58,679 nt of DNA from a plasmid. The stretch is taken from the sequence record NC_009704.1. One strand, 5' to 3'. The translations under genes were made by a program, and so were the position numbers. The notes under the pieces were generated by a model that did no database searches, was not told the origin of the DNA, and was given only the letters and a program-made list of their open reading frames with translations. Below, in pieces: positions 27,901 to 36,755 of the stretch. Positions within the stretch are counted from its first letter, which is position 1, and the number at the start of each line of letters is the position of its first letter.

Positions 27901-28332
27901 ATGCTAGGAACAAATACCATGATGGTTATATTGTTTATTTTTATTGGAGCAATTAGCTATAGAGCAGTAAATGAAAACAACAGACAAGCTACAGTAATAG
28001 CTTATGATCAAGCTGCTGCAACAACATTTTTCCTTTATGTTGAACAGTTAGATGGATTTTTAAGTGCTAATCCAACATTTACAGGGAGTGTAACTACTCA
28101 GATTCAATTTCCGGCATGGTTAAATGAAAATAAAGACATAATGATGTATGTAGAAAATGGGCGTGGTTATGTTTATATGTCAGCTAAATCGAACGTTTAT
28201 GATTCACTCGTTTCTCGAACTGAAAACTCGTCAATGATTGGATTAACAGACAGTAACAGCATAATAACCAATTTGGGGCCAATTCCTAAACCGTCCGTAA
28301 TTCCACAGAACTATATTGTGTATATGATTTGA
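27901..28332 (+). CDS. Hypothetical membrane-anchored protein
   Basis: 143 aa with an N-terminal TM helix. Possibly a pilus accessory protein. Confidence 0.3.
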   Translation: MLGTNTMMVILFIFIGAISYRAVNENNRQATVIAYDQAAATTFFLYVEQLDGFLSANPTFTGSVTTQIQFPAWLNENKDIMMYVENGRGYVYMSAKSNVYDSLVSRTENSSMIGLTDSNSIITNLGPIPKPSVIPQNYIVYMI

Positions 28333-28967
28333 GGAATATTCTATTGGCTAACATCCTGTTTTTTTTAGTATCAATAATCACAACAACGGCTATTGCATAT
28401 TTACTACCAGCTATTGTTTCAAGAGCAGAGCAGGAAGTCCTTTCACAGTATGACGAAGTTAAGTTAGCGTCACAATATCGAACAGCGGTTGAACCTTTGC
28501 TGGCTCTTTTCCTGGCTTGTGTGGCTCCTGTTTTTTATGCGGTACAAAGTGATATCACTTTGTCTGTGTTTATTGGCTTGTTAGCGCTAGTGAGTTACAT
28601 CGATATAATGAGGCAATGGGTGCCAGATATCTTAATCCATTTGCTGAGCTGGTACAGCCTGAGTTGCTTAGCGCTTGGATTCATTACTTCAGATGTGCTC
28701 TATTCACTGCTTTCCTTACTGCTATTGCTGCTACCGTTCCTTGCTATCAATGCTTACAGTTGGATAAAGAATAGGAGCTACATCTATGCATCGGGTGATA
28801 TCTACATTTTACTCTCTGTCGGCCTATGGCTAGATTATCGTTTTGCTTTATCAGCTGCCGCGCTAAGCATTTTATCCGCATCAATTTACGCAAAAATAGC
28901 GGGAAAAGAGAAAGTACCGTTTGTTCCCTTTATCTTATTTTCGCTACTTGTATTTTCTACTATATAA
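28329..28967 (+). CDS. pilU: A24-family prepilin peptidase (PilU/TadV-like)
   Basis: Polytopic. Motifs SYIDIMRQWVPD and ASGDIYILL correspond to the two catalytic Asp motifs (D..IP and GGDVKL). Confidence 0.55.
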   Translation: MRNILLANILFFLVSIITTTAIAYLLPAIVSRAEQEVLSQYDEVKLASQYRTAVEPLLALFLACVAPVFYAVQSDITLSVFIGLLALVSYIDIMRQWVPDILIHLLSWYSLSCLALGFITSDVLYSLLSLLLLLLPFLAINAYSWIKNRSYIYASGDIYILLSVGLWLDYRFALSAAALSILSASIYAKIAGKEKVPFVPFILFSLLVFSTI

Positions 28968-28985
28968 CCAATTTGGAATGCACAG

Positions 28986-29492
28986 ATGAAAGATATAGCT
29001 CAGGGATTTATATTGATACTAACGTTATTAGTGCCACTAAGTAGTTATGCATATTGCTTTCAAGCAGCTGGTGACACTTATCAAATAGACCCTTTATTGC
29101 TTATATCTATCGCTGATGTAGAAAGTAGTATGAATTATAAAGCTATCGGGCAAAATAAAAAGAATGGCGTAGTGAAGTCAGAAGACCTTGGGCTAATGCA
29201 GATAAATACATCTTGGCTACCAAAGCTAGGGAAATCATTCGGTATTACTCGTGAGCATCTATTAAATAACCCCTGTCAGAATGTTTATGTCGGGGCTTAT
29301 GTTTTAGCAAATAACATATCTAGCAATGGTGTTAATTGGGAGTCAATTGGTGCTTATAACGCCGGTTTTAAAAGCGCGAATGAAGAGTTTAGGCTTAGGT
29401 ATGCTAAAAAAGTATACAGTAAATACATAAATTTATTGCGTGGCAATAGAGCGATAATTATTGCCAAGGCAAGTCGAGGCGAACGGGTATAA
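28986..29492 (+). CDS. Lytic transglycosylase (R64 PilT-type)
   Basis: Signal peptide. SLT motifs ESS, GLMQIN, AYNAG. Confidence 0.75.
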   Translation: MKDIAQGFILILTLLVPLSSYAYCFQAAGDTYQIDPLLLISIADVESSMNYKAIGQNKKNGVVKSEDLGLMQINTSWLPKLGKSFGITREHLLNNPCQNVYVGAYVLANNISSNGVNWESIGAYNAGFKSANEEFRLRYAKKVYSKYINLLRGNRAIIIAKASRGERV

Positions 29493-29516
29493 AGTCATAA
29501 ATAAAAGGAGTCACAG

Positions 29517-30002
29517 ATGAGCATAAACAATAAAGACATTGAATTATTAAAACTAATTCTAATTAATAGAGATAAAGATATAGTTAAAATGAAAATAAAT
29601 ATACGAAATCATGAGAAAATCCGTGGGAATATCAAGATATCTTTAGCGGCATTTATAATAATATTTATAGGGGGTTTTATTGTTGAATTTAAAGGTTTTA
29701 CGTTATTTATACTAATTGCATTAGGTGCATCCATACCTATTCATCTATATCAACTAAAAAAACACACTACATCACCAGAGGCGTTAAACATATCATCTTT
29801 AAATGATGAGATGATAGCTAACATTAGCAAATCTGGAAGTAAAGAACTTAAAGATGAACTACATAAACTTGTTGTTGCTCATGGTTATATAACATATTCA
29901 GGGATAAGTGGTATCTTAAACGAAAACAACAAGGAAGAGAACAAACAAAGACTAAGTGAACTTATTAATAATGTAGGCAGTCAAGTAATATTAAAACCGT
30001 AA
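29517..30002 (+). CDS. Hypothetical membrane protein
   Basis: Two TM helices. AT-rich. Confidence 0.3.
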   Translation: MSINNKDIELLKLILINRDKDIVKMKINIRNHEKIRGNIKISLAAFIIIFIGGFIVEFKGFTLFILIALGASIPIHLYQLKKHTTSPEALNISSLNDEMIANISKSGSKELKDELHKLVVAHGYITYSGISGILNENNKEENKQRLSELINNVGSQVILKP

Positions 30003-30035
30003 GTTATTAATATAACAACTTAGAGCGATGTTATT

Positions 30036-30335
30036 ATGAAAAAAATAGTTATTCTACTTTTGTCTCTAGCCATTTGTTTTTCATCTTTACCGGCTAAAGC
30101 TGCTGATGCTTGTGAAGTAGTTATTTGCATGTATGGAAAAGTAACAGGAAACTCACAGAAAGAATGTAGCGGGGCTGAAGGTGATTTTTTTGGTTTGAAT
30201 GGATTTAAAAAGAAAGGCCGGTTTGATCCCACAAAAACAGCTGAAATGCGCCAATCATTCTTAGAGCAATGCTCAACAGCTGATCCCGCCAAAGTTAGTC
30301 AGATTATAAGTGTGTTTGGTCGTATAAGGGGTTGA
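30036..30335 (+). CDS. Small secreted Cys-containing protein, possibly TrbM-like
   Basis: Signal peptide. Pattern CEVVICMYGK...C...C. Lies at the end of the transfer region, where trbM would be expected. Confidence 0.3.
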   Translation: MKKIVILLLSLAICFSSLPAKAADACEVVICMYGKVTGNSQKECSGAEGDFFGLNGFKKKGRFDPTKTAEMRQSFLEQCSTADPAKVSQIISVFGRIRG

Positions 30336-30467
30336 TAACTCATCAAAAAAACACTCATTACAGAGTAACAAGCTAGACAACACACAGCAAAATGCTATCA
30401 TAACAACAAATTAGCTTTTAATTAATTAAAGCAAATCACAGATATGAAAGCATATATGGAGTGATGA

Positions 30468-30716
30468 ATGGGCCAACTGACCATCCGTACAACACCAGAA
30501 CAAGAAGCTTTGATTGCAAAGGTACAAGCGCTTAGTGGAGAAAAAACCGCAAGTAAAACGCTTATTGCTGCGCTTTACGAATTCGAACCCAATAGAGCAA
30601 AGATTAGGGAGTTACAGAAAAAAATTGAAGCATTAGAGAATGACTTTGATAATTTAAAAAGTGTTGTTGTCAATTACCAAAATAGTCAGAAAGCCCTCTT
30701 AAATATCAATATTTAA
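30468..30716 (+). CDS. Ribbon-helix-helix-like DNA-binding protein with a coiled-coil tail
   Basis: N-terminus LTIRTTPEQEALIAKVQALSGEKTASKTLIAAL resembles the RHH fold. Confidence 0.35.
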   Translation: MGQLTIRTTPEQEALIAKVQALSGEKTASKTLIAALYEFEPNRAKIRELQKKIEALENDFDNLKSVVVNYQNSQKALLNINI

Positions 30717-30796
30717 CTCTTCTTACCATAGAAAATGGCCCGATAACTTGGGCCTTTCTTCTAAAAGACAACCTCAAATATAAACAAGGAATACTT

Positions 30797-31144
30797 ATGC
30801 AACAGAATAATATTTTTGTTGGGAATTTAGCTGCACCATTGGAAATGAAAGGTGAAAATGACAAGCTAATCTGTAAATTCACACTGATTGCTAATGAATA
30901 TATAGGAAAAGACCTAAGTACAAATGAGAGTAAGTATAGGGAGGTTTCAATTCGCTTCACAGGGTTTGGAAAGGTAGCAACGCGCTTAGAAAAAGCTCTT
31001 TTGGTTGGTGATCAAGTAATAGCTAGTTTTTCAATCAGTAATAACAATTACGAACGGGAAGGGAAAATGGTATATGGCCATAATTTTATTGTGCAAGACT
31101 TCCAACTTGGAGCACCAGGTAAAGCACGTAAGGAAAGAACTTAG
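30797..31144 (+). CDS. SSB-like OB-fold protein lacking the acidic C-terminal tail
   Basis: Pattern NIFVGNLAAPLE...FTLIANE...FTGFGKVA...LLVGDQVIASFSI matches an SSB OB-fold. 115 aa. Confidence 0.45.
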   Translation: MQQNNIFVGNLAAPLEMKGENDKLICKFTLIANEYIGKDLSTNESKYREVSIRFTGFGKVATRLEKALLVGDQVIASFSISNNNYEREGKMVYGHNFIVQDFQLGAPGKARKERT

Positions 31145-31149
31145 TTTCT

Positions 31150-31394
31150 ATTGATGGCATTTTTCAGCATCCGGAGCAGTACCAGGATAGTGTTATGCTG
31201 GCAATCGGTGCTGGCCAGCTGCGGCGTCAGTTTCAATTATGATAGCAATTACCGGTTGCAACATTTGCCAGCAATTTAATATCAGGTAATCAGCTGAAGA
31301 AGATACAACTGCCAGCATTACGGTGACTCAATGCTCGCTGCCGGTCGCAGAAATGCCAGCATTTCGCCTTAAAGACTTTCCTTTGGCGTGAAAC
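31150..31394 (-). repeat. Copy B of the ~240-bp repeat, inverted relative to copies A and C
   Basis: Its reverse complement aligns with 39377-39620 at about 90% identity along the whole length. Confidence 0.8.
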
Positions 31395-31403
31395 ACTTTT
31401 CCT

Positions 31404-31736
31404 ATGGATCATAACCTCAGCATAAAATTTACTAAATTATTTCCAGATTATGTCGATAACACCAACAACTTCTTAACTATCTATAATAAAAGGATTTTTA
31501 TGCACACAGTTATCATTATCTCTCTTGCAATATTATGTGTTGCGTTATCTCTATCCTGCTTTCTTCTTTTTTTAAACGCAAAAAGAAAAGATGAATATAT
31601 TAATGATCCAAACGCATCATATAAGTTACTCTCAAATCTATGTTCCAATGTTCATAAAGGGAGTGATCTTGAAAGATTACTTGCTGAGATGCACGCTGCG
31701 GTAGTTCATTTAAAATATCGCAGAGATAACGAATAA
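31404..31736 (+). CDS. Small membrane protein
   Basis: 110 aa with one TM helix. Confidence 0.3.
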   Translation: MDHNLSIKFTKLFPDYVDNTNNFLTIYNKRIFMHTVIIISLAILCVALSLSCFLLFLNAKRKDEYINDPNASYKLLSNLCSNVHKGSDLERLLAEMHAAVVHLKYRRDNE

Positions 31737-31793
31737 ATATTACTAATAATTAAGCCCAAATTCACAGTTCTGGATTCGGGCTTTTTTTTTAAA

Positions 31794-32000
31794 CTACCAC
31801 GATTTACTTTCGCTTTTTTTAAACTCACCTTTTCTAAGACATTTACTTATTAGCTCTTTATATTTATCTTTATCTTCAAGATTTATTTTTTTAATATCAT
31901 TACAGGATGTGATTTCACTAGTTGGTGAAAAAATCTTGTAGCCCGCGAATCCCACAACAAATGTCACAGAAAAAATAATTACAATAAGTTTCATAAACAC
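31794..32000 (-). CDS. Small membrane-anchored protein with a TrbJ/TrbK-like C-terminal tail
   Basis: The C-terminus GEFKKSESKSW resembles the TrbJ (SLDKSPVKKW) and TrbK (NFEKSPEKKW) C-termini. Confidence 0.35.
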   Translation of the reverse strand: MFMKLIVIIFSVTFVVGFAGYKIFSPTSEITSCNDIKKINLEDKDKYKELISKCLRKGEFKKSESKSW

Positions 32001-32133
32001 TCCATAAATTTATACTTCCCGACAAATTTACTGATTATCTTAGAAGTCAACCTGACACAATCGGTCAAAAATCGTACTTAGCGACTAGAAACGAAATGCA
32101 TAGTAATGCCGCCTTACGGCGGCGATTTGTTAT

Positions 32134-32811
32134 TCATGCTTTGCTTATATTATCATCATTCAACAACATTCTACGGGTAATATCTTCAACAATAAGCAAA
32201 AGAGATATGAATGTAGCCTCGTTAGGCGACCAAGAACCGTGCGTAACTGCATTTTCGGCGTTAGTAACAATCAAGAGTTGTTGTTTTTCAACCGCCACAA
32301 TTAGTCCCTCTTCTTGTAGTTTCTCCATTTTTTCTTCCAATGATAATGTGGGATATATTTCTAATATTTCTGTTATCCTGTCTAATATAGTACGTAATCC
32401 AATCGATGCTGAGATATATAATTTATGTTCACAAGCTGAATAAACCTCGCAAAATATATTATACAACTGCCTATCAATAGTTAATAAGCCAAATAGCCAC
32501 TCCGGACGAACGGCTTGTTGTCTCGGCGAGGGAAATGTCACAGTGCTTTCCATAGGATTTAATACTGTATTTCCGTGAGGGCAATTATCGTAATCTATAC
32601 CTTCATTACTGGTTAATATTTCATGATAGAAAATACTCTCACACCCCATACACTCCAATAATTTATGTTCACTTTGGACTGACATATAACCATTATCATT
32701 ATCAATTTCATAGTTTTTTTCTATTTTCCCGTGAACTTGACAGTTACGAACTCCATCACAAGTGGGGCAATGAGCTTTAAATACTTCCGCAGCTGACATT
32801 TTAGTCTCCAT
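32134..32811 (-). CDS. Hypothetical protein with an N-terminal multi-Cys zinc ribbon
   Basis: CPTC...C..H and C..C...C..H clusters. Helical C-terminal half. Coupled to the upstream 56-aa gene (TAAATG junction). Confidence 0.4.
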   Translation of the reverse strand: METKMSAAEVFKAHCPTCDGVRNCQVHGKIEKNYEIDNDNGYMSVQSEHKLLECMGCESIFYHEILTSNEGIDYDNCPHGNTVLNPMESTVTFPSPRQQAVRPEWLFGLLTIDRQLYNIFCEVYSACEHKLYISASIGLRTILDRITEILEIYPTLSLEEKMEKLQEEGLIVAVEKQQLLIVTNAENAVTHGSWSPNEATFISLLLIVEDITRRMLLNDDNISKA

Positions 32812-32982
32812 TTAGATTTTATCATTGATTGGATAATGTATATTTTCATAGGCTTCAATCGCGCCAGCCAACTTTTCTATTTCAACATCTTCCGGTGTAT
32901 TTAGAGCGGGGTTAAGTTTCATGAGCTGCTCCAAGCGCATAAGTTGCGCTTCATGCTGTTCTGGTGTTTCAATTTTTATCAT
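32812..32982 (-). CDS. 56-aa protein resembling the N-terminal domain of HigA-type antitoxins
   Basis: ORF found manually: MIKIETPEQHEAQLMRLEQLMKLNPALNTPEDVEIEKLAGAIEAYENIHYPI. GGAGGA ribosome-binding site. Confidence 0.4.
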   Translation of the reverse strand: MIKIETPEQHEAQLMRLEQLMKLNPALNTPEDVEIEKLAGAIEAYENIHYPINDKI

Positions 32983-33229
32983 CTTTTACTCCTCCACTTC
33001 CGCTGAATTCTCTATCTTATGCATGACGGGGCTTTAATGTCGTTTGGTGTCAGGTATATCAGTTTGGCAGTTATTGATGATGATCTCTGCCTGTTCACGC
33101 GAGAATCCAAAGGGTGTCAATGCATGATGCAAAGTTTCCGCATCAAGGCTCTGGCTATTGTCCCTGACCCTGAGTTGATAATGCATTTTTGCAGTACGGT
33201 TTACGTTGATGCTGCTTTCCCCCTGCCTC

Positions 33230-33255
33230 TTGGGTTTACGCGAAGAGTGCCAACC
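33230..33255 (+). repeat. Direct repeat 1 of 5 (TTGGGTTTACGCGAAGAGTGCCAAC)
   Basis: Member of a five-copy same-orientation family with consensus TTGGsTTTACsCnnAGAsTrCCAAA. Confidence 0.7.
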
Positions 33256-33377
33256 ATGTAGAATTTATCCCCTTAACCTAATATTTGAGAGTGAACGGTG
33301 GATTAATTTGGTAAGATTATAAACTGATAAAATTTATTTTTTAGATATTACGCAACAAAAACATCAATGGAGTAGTC

Positions 33378-33923
33378 ATGTTTATATGTGATGAGAAAAA
33401 AAACCTCAGTGTCTCTAACACCAAGTACATTAACTTAGCCTTTAAAGAAACAGAGTTTGTGGCTGATAATGATTATATGAAAAATCAGGCAGAGTTATTG
33501 GCGAGTCGCTTTACTGATGAAACATCCAGAACAGATATTATAATGTATGTAATTGATGTGATTGAATGTGCGGAAAAAAATAATTTCGACGTGACGGATA
33601 TGCTCCGTGTTTTCCACTTTCTTGCTGACAGGTTCGGGTTTGGTTATCAAGTAAATACGTTTGGTACAGAGCAACAAGTTACTGCATATAAGTATGCCTC
33701 CAGTTGTTACAATGAGATTGTCGTTGTCCCAATATCGAGAATCAAATATGTAAAACAACACGATAGAGTTATTAAGAAAAACGGCCTGTCACTTTGTCGA
33801 GTATCCATTGTCACTACTGATAATGAAGAATTTAAATTGCATATCGACGATCAAATTATATCCAGCTTGAAATGTGACGTTATTTTAAAATGTGCCGTAA
33901 AATTTATCGACCAGGCTTTATAA
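33378..33923 (+). CDS. Hypothetical protein (cassette 1)
   Basis: 181-aa ORF. No recognisable motifs. Confidence 0.35.
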   Translation: MFICDEKKNLSVSNTKYINLAFKETEFVADNDYMKNQAELLASRFTDETSRTDIIMYVIDVIECAEKNNFDVTDMLRVFHFLADRFGFGYQVNTFGTEQQVTAYKYASSCYNEIVVVPISRIKYVKQHDRVIKKNGLSLCRVSIVTTDNEEFKLHIDDQIISSLKCDVILKCAVKFIDQAL

Positions 33924-33963
33924 TTCCGCAATACGAATGCCGCATTTGGATAAAAAAAGTGTA

Positions 33964-33983
33964 CAGCCGGTATTCACCGGCTG
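33964..33983. terminator. Hairpin CAGCCGGT-attc-ACCGGCTG next to an A7/T7 tract
   Basis: Perfect 8-bp stem. The T-run lies on the minus-strand side. Confidence 0.4.
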
Positions 33984-34028
33984 GCATTCGCTAGCCGCCT
34001 TTCCCTGCTCTGCTCTTTCCTAATGACT

Positions 34029-34053
34029 TTGGGTTTACCCGCAGACTGCCAAA
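34029..34053 (+). repeat. Direct repeat 2 of 5 (TTGGGTTTACCCGCAGACTGCCAAA)
   Basis: Same family as repeat 1. Confidence 0.7.
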
Positions 34054-34066
34054 TCTGATTAAATCC

Positions 34067-34115
34067 TAGTATACTAGACGTTATTGACTGGTAACATAAT
34101 GGGAGTATACTAGAC
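34067..34115 (+). promoter_or_regulatory. Promoter with two TAGTATACTA palindromic operators (copy 1)
   Basis: -35 TTGACT (34084-34089), 16-bp spacer, -10 TATACT (34106-34111). Operators at 34067-34079 and 34104-34115. Confidence 0.55.
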
Positions 34116-34119
34116 AAAT

Positions 34120-34209
34120 ATGTCCAGTAGAAGAGAGTTGGTGACGGCACTACAGGCCATAGCAAACAGTAAAGGATGGACGTTTGAGACGTTGGCTGTT
34201 CGATGTTAG
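34120..34209 (+). pseudogene. Truncated (29-aa) paralogue of the 34854 HTH gene
   Basis: MSSRRELVTALQAIANSKGWTFETLAVRC* aligns with the first 29 aa of the 64-aa protein at 34854, then stops. Confidence 0.45.
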
Positions 34210-34384
34210 AAAGAAGAAAAATTTCTACACAGAAGTGAACTGATAGTTTATTAGTAATCCGTATATTCGAAATGGTATAACATTACGCCATGTATAATGA
34301 CAAGAATACTGAATTAGAGGCTCAATGTGAGAAGTTTCAGCCAGCGCTTAGACAGCATATTAATCATAACGTGATAAGGAGCCG

Positions 34385-34684
34385 TTGATGCAAAAAAATG
34401 AACCGTATGATCTAGCAATAGCGTTTATTTTGGAAAATGAAAGAACTTGTAATTTAAGCGATTCCGATCCAGAAAAAACAGATAAAAATGAATGTTTTTT
34501 ATTTGTGGCTGGCTATATCAAAGCGTTAAGTGACTTCAAATTAATAAACAAAGAGCAATCGATTGATCTGAGAAATAAAATGGGATATTTTGGTTCAATA
34601 CCGTCTGTTTTCTTGGTGGCAAAACCAACTGATTTAGAAGGCCGCTATGGTGATATTTTCCGCCAGAACCCTATAATAGATTGA
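34385..34684 (+). CDS. Hypothetical protein (99 aa)
   Basis: ORF. No recognisable motifs. Confidence 0.3.
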   Translation: MMQKNEPYDLAIAFILENERTCNLSDSDPEKTDKNECFLFVAGYIKALSDFKLINKEQSIDLRNKMGYFGSIPSVFLVAKPTDLEGRYGDIFRQNPIID

Positions 34685-34761
34685 TGGAAATTTCTCTTTT
34701 TCTGAGAATGATTTAATGAACGCCTCGTTAATCGGGGCTTTTTTACGTCTGCGTACTGGCC

Positions 34762-34786
34762 TTGGCTTTACCCGAAGAGTACCAAA
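34762..34786 (+). repeat. Direct repeat 3 of 5 (TTGGCTTTACCCGAAGAGTACCAAA)
   Basis: Same family. Confidence 0.7.
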
Positions 34787-34800
34787 TATGATTAAAACCC

Positions 34801-34849
34801 TAGTATACTAGACATTATTGACGGGTAAGAAAACAGGAGTATACTAGAC
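34801..34849 (+). promoter_or_regulatory. Promoter with two TAGTATACTA operators (copy 2)
   Basis: Operators at 34801-34813 and 34838-34849. -35 TTGACG at 34818-34823. -10 TATACT at 34840-34845. Confidence 0.55.
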
Positions 34850-34853
34850 AAAT

Positions 34854-35048
34854 ATGACTAGCAAGACAAAAGTGATTACGAAACTACAGGCAATAGTAAA
34901 CAGCAAGGGATGGACGTTTGAAGCATTGGCGGTACGTTGGGAAGTTTCACCCCGCCAGATGTCCAGGATTGCAGCCGCAGGTAAGCAGCGGGATATAGAC
35001 GCCGCTATGGGATTGCCAAATAAAGGTGTGACTCATAATGAAAATTGA
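34854..35048 (+). CDS. Small HTH DNA-binding protein (probable autorepressor)
   Basis: 64 aa. HTH-like segment TFEALAVRWEVSPRQMSRI. Preceded by the dual-operator promoter. Confidence 0.45.
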   Translation: MTSKTKVITKLQAIVNSKGWTFEALAVRWEVSPRQMSRIAAAGKQRDIDAAMGLPNKGVTHNEN

Positions 35049-35337
35049 AAATCCTCCTGAATCGTACATAACAAATCTAAAAAGCATACCGGCTTTTGAC
35101 GACTGGCTGTGGATGATTAATAAAAATGATAGGCTCCCGAGAGGTCAGTATTTCAAAGCGAGGCAGTATGCAAAAGAGCTTCTTATGCCGTCAAAAAATC
35201 AGGTATTTGAGGTATTTGACTTAAGAACAGTCAGAGCCTTTACGCCGCCAATAACCATTTCTCAAAGACGCGATGACTTTTATGAGGGCAACATGCTTAA
35301 AGTTTTGGATAGTCAGTCAGGGAAAAAACATGACTAA
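35038..35337 (+). CDS. Hypothetical protein (99 aa), translationally coupled to the HTH gene
   Basis: 11-nt overlap with the upstream gene. An antitoxin-toxin-like arrangement. Confidence 0.4.
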   Translation: MKIENPPESYITNLKSIPAFDDWLWMINKNDRLPRGQYFKARQYAKELLMPSKNQVFEVFDLRTVRAFTPPITISQRRDDFYEGNMLKVLDSQSGKKHD

Positions 35338-35376
35338 GTATGTCTTCGAATAAAAAGTATCAAGACGACGCTGTTA

Positions 35377-35859
35377 ATGGCTTGCCGGATATATCAGAGA
35401 GGACTGATGAAAAGAAAATACGTTAATTTGAAAAATATATTATTATTTGGTGCCGTTCTTTCCTCGATTTTTTGCTTGAGCGCATATGCCAAGGATCTCA
35501 ACTGTATTACACGCGCAGAGGCTGATTATGATGTACCTGCGGGGCTATTGAATGTCATGGCGGCTTATGAAGCGAAAAGAAATCAGCCTGTTGCCAATAA
35601 GTTATATGGCCCTATGCAGCTGCACTCTGTTGTAATACCTATGGCGGCGGAAGGTATTCATTCTACGGAACATGAGATTAAATATAATGACTGCCAAAAT
35701 TACCGCGCTGCCGCATGGTTATTAATGAATAGTTTTGGCGGCAATCTATATAGCGATATTTTTAACGCCGTTAATAATTATTACTACGGTTTTGGTAAAC
35801 AGAGTTATGGAGTGATCACCTTAAAGATAAAGGATATGTACCAGCACGAAAAACGGTAG
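35377..35859 (+). CDS. Secreted lytic-transglycosylase-like protein (TrbN paralogue)
   Basis: Signal peptide when started from MKRKY. Pattern E..YDVPAGLLNVMAAYEA...GPMQL...DCQNYRAAAWLL parallels TrbN in this window. Confidence 0.4.
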   Translation: MACRIYQRGLMKRKYVNLKNILLFGAVLSSIFCLSAYAKDLNCITRAEADYDVPAGLLNVMAAYEAKRNQPVANKLYGPMQLHSVVIPMAAEGIHSTEHEIKYNDCQNYRAAAWLLMNSFGGNLYSDIFNAVNNYYYGFGKQSYGVITLKIKDMYQHEKR

Positions 35860-35933
35860 CCCGAACAAACCGTGCTGGCGTTCGCCTGCTACTCACCTCT
35901 CCGGCCCCGCGCCTTTCTCTCCCGCTGGCCGGA

Positions 35934-35960
35934 TTGGGGTTTACCCTCAGAGTACCAAAA
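35934..35960 (+). repeat. Direct repeat 4 of 5 (TTGGGGTTTACCCTCAGAGTACCAAAA)
   Basis: Same family. Confidence 0.7.
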
Positions 35961-35964
35961 CACA

Positions 35965-35989
35965 AAAACCGCCCAAAATGGCGGCTTTA
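35965..35989. terminator. Bidirectional terminator hairpin AAAACCGCC-caaaat-GGCGGCTTT
   Basis: GC stem flanked by an A-run and a T-run. Lies between convergent genes. Confidence 0.55.
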
Positions 35990-36025
35990 CTGATTAAAGA
36001 AAGTAACTTATTAATTATGTGAGAG

Positions 36026-36691
36026 TTACCCCAACCAAGTGAAAGTGACGGCCATTATCGATGCCAGTGAATGAAGTAGTACGGGTAGCAGCAATCCCCC
36101 ACTTCGCATCCTTGCCCAAGTAAAGATAATGGACATCGATGTAATCAGAACAAACGTGCTTATGTTCTCATATTGGTTATGAATGAGAGAAAATAGCAGC
36201 GCGATAATGACTGCACCTAGCCACATTGTCCAGGCATGAGAAGACCGAAAAACGTTCAAAATCACGCCACGAAACACAATTTCTTCGTTGAAAGGTGCCA
36301 CAAGTAAAATAGTTAAAAATACCCCTGAAAGCTGTGCAAAAGGCTGATTAAGCAAATTCTGAACAAATTTTTCGGGTGCGGCACCAGTCAATTTACCGTA
36401 ACTGTATTCAGCAAAGTAAACCAGAACCACAGCTAAAATTGGCAATAATGAGGACTTTTGCAATACTTTTCCAAACCCTAATGGGGAAACCCACCGATGA
36501 TAAGGAACAAGCACTGCGAGAATAAATATCATACCGGCCATATGCGATATTAATAGATGATAATTCCCAAATCCGTTGACCGCTGCCCAGTAGCTTGAAT
36601 AAATTAATATAGAGAACCACCCCTTTGCAATAACGATTGCGGCAATGAGTACAATGGTGCTTTTTAATATTTTATTTTTAGTATTGAACAC
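36026..36691 (-). CDS. CPBP (CAAX protease/Abi, PF02517) family intramembrane metalloprotease
   Basis: Polytopic. Motifs EEIVFRG, FSLIHN and HSLAS. Confidence 0.7.
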   Translation of the reverse strand: MFNTKNKILKSTIVLIAAIVIAKGWFSILIYSSYWAAVNGFGNYHLLISHMAGMIFILAVLVPYHRWVSPLGFGKVLQKSSLLPILAVVLVYFAEYSYGKLTGAAPEKFVQNLLNQPFAQLSGVFLTILLVAPFNEEIVFRGVILNVFRSSHAWTMWLGAVIIALLFSLIHNQYENISTFVLITSMSIIFTWARMRSGGLLLPVLLHSLASIMAVTFTWLG

Positions 36692-36755
36692 TTTTTTTAC
36701 TTCTCCAATTCGCTAACCCTCTCCCCAAAGAGAGTTTATTTGGGGGTTGGAAATT

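Noticed and set aside
29641-29654. A KorB half-site, CTTTAGCGGCATTT, inside the 29517 gene.
   Set aside because: Only one arm matches. It again encodes LAA, but it is not a full operator.
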